DNA of 63,966 nucleotides, counting the filler, from a bacterium (GTDB lineage Bacteria; UBA9089; CG2-30-40-21; SBAY01), in the NCBI GenBank assembly GCA_040757115.1. It is 7 parts of 7 records of this genome, joined end to end, with 100 filler letters (N's around TTAATTAATTAA, not from the genome) between each part and the next. Parts side by side here need not be neighbours in the genome. Positions count along the whole stretch, not along the records: positions 29,435 to 35,275 come from JBFLYA010000230.1; positions 35,376 to 41,215 come from JBFLYA010000231.1; 5 more parts are not named here. One strand, given 5' to 3'. Positions within the stretch are counted from its first letter, which is position 1, and each line of letters starts with the position of its first letter. The notes beneath the pieces were generated by a model. That model saw only the letters and a list, made by a program, of their open reading frames with translations. It had not been told where the DNA came from and ran no database searches. This document shows, piece after piece, positions 31,429 to 40,593 of the stretch. The position numbers and the translations under genes were made by a program.

Positions 31429-32091
31429 ATGGCTGTTTCATTACTAAAAACAGAAGAGGAACATATTCTTAGAGTCTTACCTACCTTGTTAAAAAGGGAT
31501 GAACAATTCAAGGGTTCTCTCTATACCATCTTAGGAGAAACCTTTATTAAAAGGGATGACTTCTCTGAACTTAAGGGTATTGTAAAGGAACTTGCACTTG
31601 CACAGAAAAAGACAGAGGAGGAACTTAGATTACTGGCATCAGAAGTAAAGATTACCAGAAAAGAACTTAAGGATGATATTAAGGATACCAGAATAAACTT
31701 AAGTGGATTAGGTAAAAGTATGAGCTACGCCTTAGAAAATGAAGCATTTCGAATGATTCCTGGCGTATTGAAGGAAAAATATGGCATTCAGCTAAAAGAA
31801 AAGCTTATCAGGACAAAACTTGGGAAGAAAGAGATAAACATATTCGGTAAAGCTGAAATAAATGGGGAGGAGGTAGTGCTCGTAGGCGAGACACAACTAA
31901 GACTGGATGAGACACGGAAGAAAGACAAAGAAGGTATATTTAAGGACTTAAAAGAAAAAGCAGAGGTAGTAAGTAAGGAATATCAAGGGAAAAGGATAGA
32001 GAAGTTGTTAATTGCCCATTTTGCTACCCCGGGGTTTATAAAAGAGGCAGAAGGAAGAGGCATAATCGTCATCCAAAGCTTTGAGTGGTAG
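31429..32091 (+). CDS. Paralog of the 30265-30999 protein with one coiled-coil repeat
   Basis: High similarity; identical C-terminal LLIAHFATPGFIKEAEGRGIIVIQSFEW. Confidence 0.8.
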   Translation: MAVSLLKTEEEHILRVLPTLLKRDEQFKGSLYTILGETFIKRDDFSELKGIVKELALAQKKTEEELRLLASEVKITRKELKDDIKDTRINLSGLGKSMSYALENEAFRMIPGVLKEKYGIQLKEKLIRTKLGKKEINIFGKAEINGEEVVLVGETQLRLDETRKKDKEGIFKDLKEKAEVVSKEYQGKRIEKLLIAHFATPGFIKEAEGRGIIVIQSFEW

Positions 32092-32211
32092 TTATAGAGG
32101 AATATTTAACCGTCTCCTCTGGAGTACGGTAATCGTTCAGGTGGTAATTCACCGCAAGATGCCAAAATTTCTTCAACACGACACTACGAACGGTTTGTTG
32201 GTTATAATTTT

Positions 32212-33417
32212 ATGATTACTCAAAAACAAATTATTGAACAAGAAAAAAGATTTATGGTTCCTGTCTATAAACGCTTTCCAGTATGTTTTGTCAAAGGGAA
32301 AGGGATTAAAATCTGGGATATTAATGGTAAAGAATACTTAGATTTCTTTGGACAGGGAGTAAATAGTATTGGACATAGCCATCCTCAGTTAGTCAGGGCG
32401 ATTACAGAACAGGCAAATAACCTGATACATTTTTCCAATCTTTATTATACCATTCCACAGATAGAATTAGCTCAGAAATTGGCTTCAATATCCTTTGAAG
32501 GGAAGGTATTTTTTGCCAATAGTGGGGCGGAGGCAAATGAAGCCGCAATTAAACTTGCCAGAATATACGGTCAGGGTAAATATGAAATAATTACAATGAC
32601 CGGCTCATTTCACGGAAGAACATTAGCTACCTTAACAGCTACAGGTCAGGATAAAATACATAAAGGATTTGAGCCATTGGTTGAGGGTTTTAAGTATGCG
32701 CCATTCAATAACCTTGACGAGGTAGAAAAGGCTATCACCCCATCTACCTGTGCCATCCTGATTGAACCAATTCAAGGAGAAGGAGGCGTTAATGTTGCAG
32801 ACGAACAATATTTAAAAGGATTGCGTGCCTTGTGTGATGAACATAAAATATTGCTTATTTTAGACGAAGTCCAGACAGGAATTGGTCGAACAGGCAAGAT
32901 GTTTGGCTACGAGCATTACGGGATTGTCCCGGATATTATCACCCTGGCGAAATGGCTGGGAAGTGGTCTGCCAATTGGGGCAATGGTCGCCAAACCTGAA
33001 TTAGCTGACCTTTTTACACCAGGAACGCATGCCTCTACTTTCGGCGGAAATCCTTTAGTCTGTGCCGGAACATTAGCCGTGATTAATGCCATTATCGAAG
33101 AAAATCTGGTTGAAAATGCAAAAGAGATAGGTAACTATCTCTTTAATCGACTATCTGAATTAAAAGATAAATATAGCTTCATAAAAGAGGTGCGAGGAAA
33201 AGGATTAATGATTGGTCTGGAGCTTGAGTTTCCAGGACAGCCAATTGTTAGTACCTGTCTGGAACAGGGATTAATTATTAATTGCACCGTAGAAAAGGTT
33301 TTGCGGTTACTACCACCATTAATTGTGACCAAACAGGATGTAGATGAAGCCGTAAAAATACTGGATAAAGTGATTTTTTTCACCGCAGAGGCGCAGAGGA
33401 CGCAGAGAAAAAATTAA
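32212..33417 (+). CDS. argD: Acetylornithine aminotransferase
   Basis: NSGAEANEAA, SFHGRT, EPIQGEGG, DEVQTG, HASTFGGNP; the last ~12 aa derive from a repeat. Confidence 0.95.
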   Translation: MITQKQIIEQEKRFMVPVYKRFPVCFVKGKGIKIWDINGKEYLDFFGQGVNSIGHSHPQLVRAITEQANNLIHFSNLYYTIPQIELAQKLASISFEGKVFFANSGAEANEAAIKLARIYGQGKYEIITMTGSFHGRTLATLTATGQDKIHKGFEPLVEGFKYAPFNNLDEVEKAITPSTCAILIEPIQGEGGVNVADEQYLKGLRALCDEHKILLILDEVQTGIGRTGKMFGYEHYGIVPDIITLAKWLGSGLPIGAMVAKPELADLFTPGTHASTFGGNPLVCAGTLAVINAIIEENLVENAKEIGNYLFNRLSELKDKYSFIKEVRGKGLMIGLELEFPGQPIVSTCLEQGLIINCTVEKVLRLLPPLIVTKQDVDEAVKILDKVIFFTAEAQRTQRKN

Positions 33418-33599
33418 AATCTATTCACCAGAAACAGAAATTTCCTTTTTTTGTGCATTTCGTGTCCTTCGTGCTCTTCGTGGTGAATAGTTACGAAAAA
33501 CACAAAAAAAGATATTTTCCTCTCTGTTTCTCTGCGTCTCTGCGGTAAAGGATTACCCGAACGGTTACATTTCTTTGTGGCAAAAAAAGGAGAGTTAAA

Positions 33600-34526
33600 A
33601 TGGGAAAGCGGGATTTATTATCTGTGACTGATTTAGATGTTGCGGATATACGATGGATATTTGAACTAACGGATTCCATATTAAAGAAAGACCAGAGTGG
33701 GGAAAAATATCTTCCGCTGGCTAATAAATCTATTGCCTTAATCTTCCAAAAACCATCCACAAGAACCAGGATTTCTTTTGAAGTTGCCATCCACCAATTA
33801 GGTGGTCAGGCAATATTCTTACGCCAGGATGAAATTCAACTCGGAATAAGAGAACCTATTGAAGATATTAGCAAAACACTCTCACAATATGTCCAGTTAA
33901 TTACTGCCAGAACTTACGCTCATAAAGATGTTGAACTCCTGGCTAAATATGCCTATGTCCCGGTAATTAATGCTTTATCAGACCAATTTCATCCCTGCCA
34001 GGCATTATCTGATGTCTATACTATCTGGAAAAAGAAAGGGAAGATTACGGGGTTAAATTTAACTTTTATTGGTGATGGTGCAAATAATATTTCTAACAGT
34101 TTAATTTTAATCTCAGCAATGATGGGAATGAATATCACGGTGGCGACTCCAGCCAAATATATGCCTGAACAAGAAATAATTTCCAGGGCAAAGGAAATTT
34201 CCGCAAACTCAAAAAGTCAAATAAAAATCATCCACGACCCATTAGAGGCGGCTCGTGAGGCAGATATAATTTATACGGATGTCTGGACAAGTATGGGGCA
34301 AGAGGAAGAAGAAGAAACAAGGAAAAAGATTTTTGCACCGTATCAAGTAAATAGTGCTATGCTTAATTCTGCAAAAGATGATTGTCTGTTAATGCACTGT
34401 CTTCCCGCTCACCGTGGAGAAGAAGTTACCGCAGAGGTTTTAGATAGTCAACATTCTATTGTTTTTGAACAGGCAAAAAATAAACTTCTTGTGCAAAAAG
34501 GGATTTTGGTATTTTTAATAGTATAG
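33600..34526 (+). CDS. argF: Ornithine carbamoyltransferase
   Basis: STRTR, HPCQ, WTSMG, HCLP. Confidence 0.97.
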   Translation: MGKRDLLSVTDLDVADIRWIFELTDSILKKDQSGEKYLPLANKSIALIFQKPSTRTRISFEVAIHQLGGQAIFLRQDEIQLGIREPIEDISKTLSQYVQLITARTYAHKDVELLAKYAYVPVINALSDQFHPCQALSDVYTIWKKKGKITGLNLTFIGDGANNISNSLILISAMMGMNITVATPAKYMPEQEIISRAKEISANSKSQIKIIHDPLEAAREADIIYTDVWTSMGQEEEEETRKKIFAPYQVNSAMLNSAKDDCLLMHCLPAHRGEEVTAEVLDSQHSIVFEQAKNKLLVQKGILVFLIV

Positions 34527-34578
34527 GAATTTCTTTTTTGGGACGCAGATGAACGCAGATTTTCAAGATTTTAAAATA

Positions 34579-35020
34579 AAGAATTGACCGAGAAGATCAT
34601 AAAGGCATTCTACAAAGTTTATAATACCCTTGTATATGGTTTTCTGGAGAAACGCTCATGCCCACAGGGAGTGGGCACAAAGGAGGATGAAAATCGGGCA
34701 TAGAGATTAGAGATTGGAGATTAGAGATTAGCAAGAGTGCAGGTTCTAATTCACTAATTCTCTAATCTCTAATTAACTATTTTCAGGGGAAACGACCATG
34801 TCCACAGGGTGGACACAAAGGAGGATGAAAATAGTGGTAGGAGATAGAAGGTAGGAGGTAAGGAGATAGGCGTGAGGAGTGATGTTTTCTTTACTTTCTA
34901 CTTTCTACTCTCTACTTTCTACTTCCTTATTTTCAGGAGAAACCTACAGATATTGAAGTTGGACTATTACTTAATTTTGGACCTAAACCCGAAGTCAAAC
35001 GAAAGGCTTTTGATAATATG
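34579..35020 (+). pseudogene. GxxExxY gene whose middle is replaced by a family-D array
   Basis: KELTEKIIKAFYKVYNTLVYGFLEK | array 34640-34943 | TDIEVGLLLNFGPKPEVKRKAFDN. Confidence 0.8.
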
Positions 35021-35375
35021 GGAAAATAATTATACTCACCAACGGCACAAATTAAGATTTTTTAATAGGGACTCGATAGCCAGGTGATATAGGGTTTGTA
35101 AGATATATTACCATAAGTAAGTGTTAAAAAATGTCAACAATTATTGTTTTGAACCTTCAATTCAGACATAAAAAAGAAGATATAAGGGGTAATAAAAAAA
35201 AGATTATTATTTTGGATAAGGAAGATAGGGTTGATAAAAATGAGATATGTTAGTTTCTCTGATGGTGAGATTGTANNNNNNNNNNNNNNNNNNNNNNNNN
35301 NNNNNNNNNNNNNNNNNNNTTAATTAATTAANNNNNNNNNNNNNNNNNNNNNNNNNNNNNNNNNNNNNNNNNNNN

Positions 35376-35426
35376 GTCTGTAAAGATGGACCGGTATTTA
35401 GTGCTTTGGAGATAGTGTTATGCTAA
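35376..35426 (+). CDS. C-terminal fragment of a PyrK-like electron transfer subunit (contig edge)
   Basis: VCKDGPVF motif. Confidence 0.6.
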   Translation, partial: VCKDGPVFSALEIVLC

Positions 35427-35778
35427 CTATTCAGCCACTGATTAACACGGATTAGCACGGATAAATAGCAGAAGGCAGAGAGCAGAGGGCAGAAGGCAGA
35501 GGACAGAAAGCAGAAGGCAGAGGCAGGTTGTCCCCCGCTGGCGGGGGATTAAGGGGGTGGAAATTTCCTCCACTGGCACAGATGAAATCAGGCTCGGGGC
35601 ACCCATGCAGAGCATGGGTCGTGTGGCTACCAGCCTTCCCGAGTCCCGAACTCCGAGTCCCGAGTCCCGATTTTCAGAAGAACCCTTCAGCCTTCAGCCT
35701 AATTACGGACACGGAAAACGGACACGATTCACGAATTTTCAGTGTTTCATCTGTGTCCATCTGTGGCTGAATAGTTAC
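35423..35778. mobile_element. Family-E IS66-type MITE
   Basis: TAACTATTCAGCCAC / GTGGCTGAATAGTTAC; GCAGAGG heptamers and CCCCCGCTGGCGGGGG palindrome. Confidence 0.72.
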
Positions 35779-35932
35779 CCTGGATTAAAGCGGACTATAG
35801 AAGTCTCAAAAATAGATAACTAAACCTACCAAATACAAAATAGCCTTTTATTCAAATTCCAAATAATACTCCATTGCGTTAGTTCAACCCAGAATTGTGT
35901 GTCGGCGTTGCTCCACACAAATTCTTAATTCG

Positions 35933-36157
35933 TTAGGCATATTGTTTTTGTCTCTTAATAATATCAATTAATGATCTTAATGCTTGATTTACAGATTCAT
36001 GGTCAGGGAAAAATTTGATAACATCAGGATCAACAACTACAACATTTGTTCCTTCACAGTATTTTTTTGCGTATTTTCCCTGAATACCTTTACTGAAATC
36101 ATATTCTTCAAGCATATCTCGATCTTTTTGCATTCTCTTCATATTGTTTCCTTTCAT
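35933..36157 (-). CDS. BrnA-like antitoxin
   Basis: EYDFSKG..GKY, V.VDPDV..FF, VNQALR; its stop codon lies within a GCCTAAC inverse core site. Confidence 0.8.
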   Translation of the reverse strand: MKGNNMKRMQKDRDMLEEYDFSKGIQGKYAKKYCEGTNVVVVDPDVIKFFPDHESVNQALRSLIDIIKRQKQYA

Positions 36158-36404
36158 TTTTTGTTGCCTTTCTTGAGCTTATTATTCTAATTTTATCCTC
36201 TCTTCCTGTATGAACAGTTACTAACACACGATGTTTAACTGAATTCCCAATTAAAATAAATCTGTCTTCTTGCTCAGAATGTAGAGGATCATAGATTGTT
36301 AATGATAGTGTATCGCTAAAAGTTGTGCTGGCTTCATCAAAAGATATCCCATGGACATTTATATTCTTAATTGCTTTTCTTGGATCCCACTCAAATAATA
36401 ACAT
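36108..36404 (-). CDS. brnT: BrnT-family toxin
   Basis: FEWD..K...N...HGISF, EDRF..IG, IRIIS.RKA. Confidence 0.9.
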   Translation of the reverse strand: MLLFEWDPRKAIKNINVHGISFDEASTTFSDTLSLTIYDPLHSEQEDRFILIGNSVKHRVLVTVHTGREDKIRIISSRKATKNERKQYEENAKRSRYA

Positions 36405-36446
36405 ATTTCATTTTACCAATTCATCTTGAGTGTTAATATTTTATTT

Positions 36447-36576
36447 GTCTAACGATAGAGCTCACCTGCCGCCAACAGGCTGGGCACAAAACTTTGAAAA
36501 ACCACTAACCTTTGATGGAGCACAGAATTTCGAAAAACCGCACGCTGTTGGCGGTCAGGTGCAGCGAATGATAATA
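36447..36576 (-). other. attC site (degenerate R'')
   Basis: Minus strand GCTGCACC...GGTGAGC-6nt-GTTAGAC; homologous to 39560-39692. Confidence 0.8.
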
Positions 36577-36824
36577 ATTAAAAGGCACTTGAAATCGATC
36601 GTACAGTATGATATAATACCAATGAGTTTATCGCTTTAACCACACCTGGATATATATATGAAAACATTAATTGCTTAACCTTCTCCTCTGAGAGGTCAGA
36701 TGATCTTCTTCAGAGGCATACATATCCAGTATGTGGTCTGGAAGGCGCTCGGGTCGCTCTCCAGCGTTGCCCTATCCTCCTCCCAGGGGAGAAAGCTAAA
36801 AAATTAGCTACTATATATTATAAT

Positions 36825-36853
36825 ATTATAGCCTTTTCTTTGGCTTGCGTCAA
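36825..36853 (-). promoter_or_regulatory. Strong sigma70-type promoter inside the cassette array
   Basis: TTGACG-17-TATAAT. Confidence 0.65.
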
Positions 36854-36870
36854 GTATTATTTTGATAAGC

Positions 36871-37094
36871 CTGTGATTCAGACACTGGACATCAGACACA
36901 AAACTATAGACTCTATTTATGCAGGAAATTAGTGACATTTGGGAAACCATCCTCAAAACTTCACTCCCTGAATTTTTCCTAAGTATTACCTACAGAAGTA
37001 TAGGCAGGTCTCTCAAGCCTTCATTCTTCTGCAATTTCTGCCCGCTTTAGTCTGAGGTCTGATGTCTATAGTCTACTGTCTGAATCACAGTTAC
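36871..37094. mobile_element. MITE truncating an attC site
   Basis: CTGTGATTCAGACA / TGTCTGAATCACAG(TTAC) inverted ends. Confidence 0.65.
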
Positions 37095-37167
37095 TAAACC
37101 TGATAAAATACCAGAAATTTAAGTTCATCGGACAGCTCTGGCTGTTAGGTGCACGCAATGGTTAGGC
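37095..37167 (-). other. Partial attC downstream of the RT
   Basis: Minus strand GCCTAAC-CATT-GCGTGCACC; the distal half is lost. Confidence 0.65.
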
Positions 37168-37225
37168 GGAATATTTCGAGTTTCGGGATTAATTCCAGAT
37201 ATTTATTTTAATTAATGGTATAAAT

Positions 37226-38722
37226 TTAATACATCATTGCTTTTTTCTTGAATATTTCAATTTCCTCGGGCTGAACAACTTCTGATGCATCATATACCGA
37301 ACCAACAACTATTTTTGACACATTTAATGCAGATTTTAATTTTTCGCTTGAGATCCAATCATTTACCCAAAGTTTAGGATTTTCACCATTTACAATTTTG
37401 CATATTACTTCATTGCTAGAAAAGGATATTCCAACTGACTTTGGTTGTGTTATTCTTTGCAACCAGATTTCAAGATAGCCGTTATAGGGAACACGTGACA
37501 TCTTATTATGTACTTTCGTCCATAATTTTGTTTTATCTCTTTGGGGAGCAAGTGCGATAAGATGGCTTAGAATACCAGCAATAGCAGGAAATGTATCTGG
37601 AGAAATAAAACCAATATCAACTGCAATTGCAACTTGTACTTCAAGATCATCTGGTGCTTCTGTTTGTTTTGTAATTTTTGTATGGAATTCACTCACTAAA
37701 CGCCGTAACGTTCCACTATTCGGGAATTGCTGTCCAAATTTATGCAATCGTAAAAGTTGCTTCTGAATTGTCTTTGCATTATCAAGTCCTAAATCTTGTA
37801 AATCAATACCGGCCAATTTATCAGGTTTGATAGCCCCCTCAATGACATTTTTAGTAAGATACGTTTTTGAAACACCTACTTTCATCCCAACTGGTCTTAA
37901 ATTGTCACTAATTATTTTAAGTATCTCTTCTGCACGTTCATCACTATTTGTAAATATCCTATAATCATCACGATATCGTAATATGCGAAAATCTGTCGAA
38001 CCACATAAAGAGTCATTAATTTGTTTGTCTATAAAACCAAGGACGATCTCTGCCACAAAGTCCATTAAAACAGGGCCCTGTGAAATACCATTTGTTTGAC
38101 CATATCGGCCCGCCCTTATATGTGAGTCAATTATATTCCCCAAAAGTGAATTATCATTTTTCTTCGCCTTAGCGGTTTTTATACCATGTAACGCCCATGA
38201 AATACTGTGGGTATAAAGAGATGCGTAGCAGTCAATTACGTCTGTATGAAGTAAGTGACTAAACTCCAAAGAATATATTAAAGATTGTTGCTCAACGCAT
38301 TGCCACCAACTTGTAATTTGTTTAGCTACATCTTTTTGATCATCAAGTGACATGACAGGAGCGCTACAACAATAAACGACACCATCTTCAAATTCTGCTA
38401 TCCTATTAGTGATAAACTTCCAATTATCTGGATCACATATAACATTTACCAATGAAACATAAATTACTGGATGTATAAGCTCAAGTGGCCTCCAAGCAAA
38501 TTTGCCATCTTTGTTTGAGATGAAGCTATAGTTTACACCTGAATAATCATTGGGATTGGCAACTTTAAATTCTAAATAATGACGCCCATTTAGTATAGTA
38601 TCAACATCAGATAAAATTTGATCAAAGCTAATGTAGTCTGGTATATCTGCGTTAAAATAACTACTTCCTTTTAAAAAGTGTTTTTTTGCTTCTTCATTTG
38701 TTAGGTCAATTAATCTTTTCAT
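37226..38722 (-). CDS. Reverse transcriptase, UG/Abi class (Abi-P2/DRT4-like), putative anti-phage
   Basis: KDGKFAWRPLELIHP, TDVIDCY.S.YTHS, NGISQG, RYRDDY, then a helical C-terminus; no maturase or retron VTG motif seen. Confidence 0.85.
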   Translation of the reverse strand: MKRLIDLTNEEAKKHFLKGSSYFNADIPDYISFDQILSDVDTILNGRHYLEFKVANPNDYSGVNYSFISNKDGKFAWRPLELIHPVIYVSLVNVICDPDNWKFITNRIAEFEDGVVYCCSAPVMSLDDQKDVAKQITSWWQCVEQQSLIYSLEFSHLLHTDVIDCYASLYTHSISWALHGIKTAKAKKNDNSLLGNIIDSHIRAGRYGQTNGISQGPVLMDFVAEIVLGFIDKQINDSLCGSTDFRILRYRDDYRIFTNSDERAEEILKIISDNLRPVGMKVGVSKTYLTKNVIEGAIKPDKLAGIDLQDLGLDNAKTIQKQLLRLHKFGQQFPNSGTLRRLVSEFHTKITKQTEAPDDLEVQVAIAVDIGFISPDTFPAIAGILSHLIALAPQRDKTKLWTKVHNKMSRVPYNGYLEIWLQRITQPKSVGISFSSNEVICKIVNGENPKLWVNDWISSEKLKSALNVSKIVVGSVYDASEVVQPEEIEIFKKKAMMY

Positions 38723-38795
38723 CTTAATTCCTTTTATTACATTTGGGGATCTTATTAGATATGATATTAAACTTTAAAATATGATGATATTTACC

Positions 38796-38928
38796 GCCTA
38801 ACGATAAAGCTCACCTGCAGCAGGGAGAATTACTACTAAACTTTATAAGCACAATTACCCCTTTGAGATACTACAAAACTTTCAATCACGGCACAGCCCC
38901 CGCCGTCCGCTGCAACGATTTGTTAGAC
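38796..38928 (-). other. attC site (133 bp)
   Basis: Minus strand GTCTAAC-5nt-GTTGCAGC...GGTGAGC-6nt-GTTAGGC. Confidence 0.88.
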
Positions 38929-38936
38929 AAAATACT

Positions 38937-39323
38937 TCATACCTCCAATGTACCCTCACTAAAATCTATCTTTAATTTAAGTTCAACCAACGATTTTATC
39001 CCCAGCAACCCATCTACATAGCTTTTTGGCGGAAGATCATGAACAACAACCTCAACCTCTTTTATCCTCTTTCCCAGAACAACTATAGACTCCAGGGTAG
39101 CCAAAGGAGCTTTTTCCACTCCACTGGCAGTGATTATTTCTATTCTTTCTTTGGATAACTCTGGTTCTAACCCTAAAATTTCAGCAGTTTTCCAGGGAAT
39201 CATAGTATAAGTTGCTCCTGTATCAAGAGCCATCCTTATCTTCTGCTTGGAGTTACTTTTACCCTCCAATAGGATAGATAGTATAATTACTGGTGCTTTG
39301 GTATTAAATCTAAATTTTGGCAT
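38937..39323 (-). CDS. Clan AA (retropepsin-like) aspartyl protease
   Basis: ALDTGAT and DGLLG motifs. Confidence 0.88.
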   Translation of the reverse strand: MPKFRFNTKAPVIILSILLEGKSNSKQKIRMALDTGATYTMIPWKTAEILGLEPELSKERIEIITASGVEKAPLATLESIVVLGKRIKEVEVVVHDLPPKSYVDGLLGIKSLVELKLKIDFSEGTLEV

Positions 39324-39540
39324 AGAATACAACCGCATATCCTTTAGTAGGAATTTTTCCTGTATAGAAATGGTAGGAGTACTTACCTTTTACTTTTTTC
39401 ATTGCGTCATAGGTCTCATCTCTATCTTTAGAATGTGTTATTACCTTCAGTTCTGTAGGCTCTCCCAGTTCGTCTTCCTTCAATACTTCGGCTAATACCC
39501 ACTCATCTGTGTATTTTTCTTTTACCTCTTTCAATTTCAT
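39310..39540 (-). CDS. Small protein coupled to the aspartyl protease
   Basis: KEKY.DEWVL..V..HS.DR; GGAGGA SD; overlaps the protease start. Confidence 0.78.
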   Translation of the reverse strand: MKLKEVKEKYTDEWVLAEVLKEDELGEPTELKVITHSKDRDETYDAMKKVKGKYSYHFYTGKIPTKGYAVVFYAKI

Positions 39541-39559
39541 TTCTCATCCTCCTATCATG

Positions 39560-39692
39560 GTCTAACGGCAAAGCTCACCTGCCGCCAACAGTATACACCA
39601 CAAAAATTTGAAAAACAACTAAACTTTTATAGGGCACATAACTTTGAAAAAACCACCAGCGGTTGGCTCTCAGGTGCAGCGATGGGTTAGGC
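39560..39692 (-). other. attC site (133 bp)
   Basis: Minus strand GCCTAAC-CCATC-GCTGCACC...GGTGAGC-TTTGCC-GTTAGAC, with the extra L'' base. Confidence 0.92.
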
Positions 39693-40571
39693 TTTTTTAA
39701 TTTCCTGTTCAAATTGCTTAAACTTCTCACGACATTTTTTCAATGATAATCTGCGTAGTTTTTTCACTCGCTCAGCAAGGTATTCAAGTTCTTGTTTTGT
39801 TATTTTATAATTCTTGCTGTATCTTGCATCAACATAAGCCTTCTTAAGAAGTTCAAATAATCGCTTTTCTTCACCCTCTTTTCTTGGAAAGATCTTACAG
39901 AAATCCTCGTCAATCTTCTCTATCCGCTTGGTCAGTTTCTCTAAATCATGGGTTCTGGGTTTGTAGGAGGTAAGAACAAGGGAAGTGCCAGTGTATAGGT
40001 GTTCTGTGGTCTGGTGCAGGCTGAATGCAGCCTCGTTGTTCCAATCTCTTTCAAGCTGAAGCTTGTAAGTTCCAAACAGCCTCTTCGCCTTTGGAAACCA
40101 AAGAGCAAGATCCTCTTCCGCTAACTTCTTCTTTATCCCAGGAGTAAGCTTCCTTGCCCGGGCTAATTGGAACCTCTTTGAGTCATAGAGTAAGATGCCT
40201 TCTTTTTTGATGTCAGCATAGAAGTATCTGCCAACCGAGAGTTGCTCATTGACATGCTCAATATCTTCAATGATTAAGCTTACAGGGGTAGGGATTTTAC
40301 GGCTGATCTGATTCTCTATCTTTCCCCAAATCTTAAAATCCTCAGGCTTTTTCTCATCCTTTACGATCACCATAATGTCAAAGTCAGACTCATAGCTGGT
40401 AAAGTGCCCCTCTTCTTTATCATAGCGAAAGTCAGAGTCAACAAAGTCTCCCCTGGCATAGCTGCCAAACAGAATAATCATCTCTACCTTGGTGGCATGA
40501 GAGATGAGATTGACAATAGTCTCTAACTCCCTCTGTTTTCGAAAAGGAAGATGGTCTAAAGTTGTTTTCAT
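39687..40571 (-). CDS. Nucleotidyltransferase (MNT)-HEPN fusion protein
   Basis: ILFGSYARG, SDFD, AAF.LHQ..E, THDL, AYVDARY; stop codon lies within attC R''. Confidence 0.9.
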   Translation of the reverse strand: MKTTLDHLPFRKQRELETIVNLISHATKVEMIILFGSYARGDFVDSDFRYDKEEGHFTSYESDFDIMVIVKDEKKPEDFKIWGKIENQISRKIPTPVSLIIEDIEHVNEQLSVGRYFYADIKKEGILLYDSKRFQLARARKLTPGIKKKLAEEDLALWFPKAKRLFGTYKLQLERDWNNEAAFSLHQTTEHLYTGTSLVLTSYKPRTHDLEKLTKRIEKIDEDFCKIFPRKEGEEKRLFELLKKAYVDARYSKNYKITKQELEYLAERVKKLRRLSLKKCREKFKQFEQEIKKA

Positions 40572-40593
40572 GATAATCCTCAATAATTCAGTA

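Noticed and set aside
30912-32163. DGR template/variable repeat pair linked to the RT
   Set aside because: The differences are not adenine-specific, the RT lacks DGR features, and it lies on another contig.
35882-35938. Complete short attC after brnA
   Set aside because: R'' and a hairpin are present, but the L'-R' spacing is too short; treated only as a degenerate boundary.
36680-36790. Glycine riboswitch (CTGGAGAG...GAAG...CTCTCAG on the minus strand)
   Set aside because: Only scattered words match; the CACCGAAG junction and CAGG end are absent, and no glycine-related gene follows.
37226-38795. Retron or group II intron
   Set aside because: No VTG motif or maturase domain seen, and only ~73 AT-rich bp lie upstream within the cassette.
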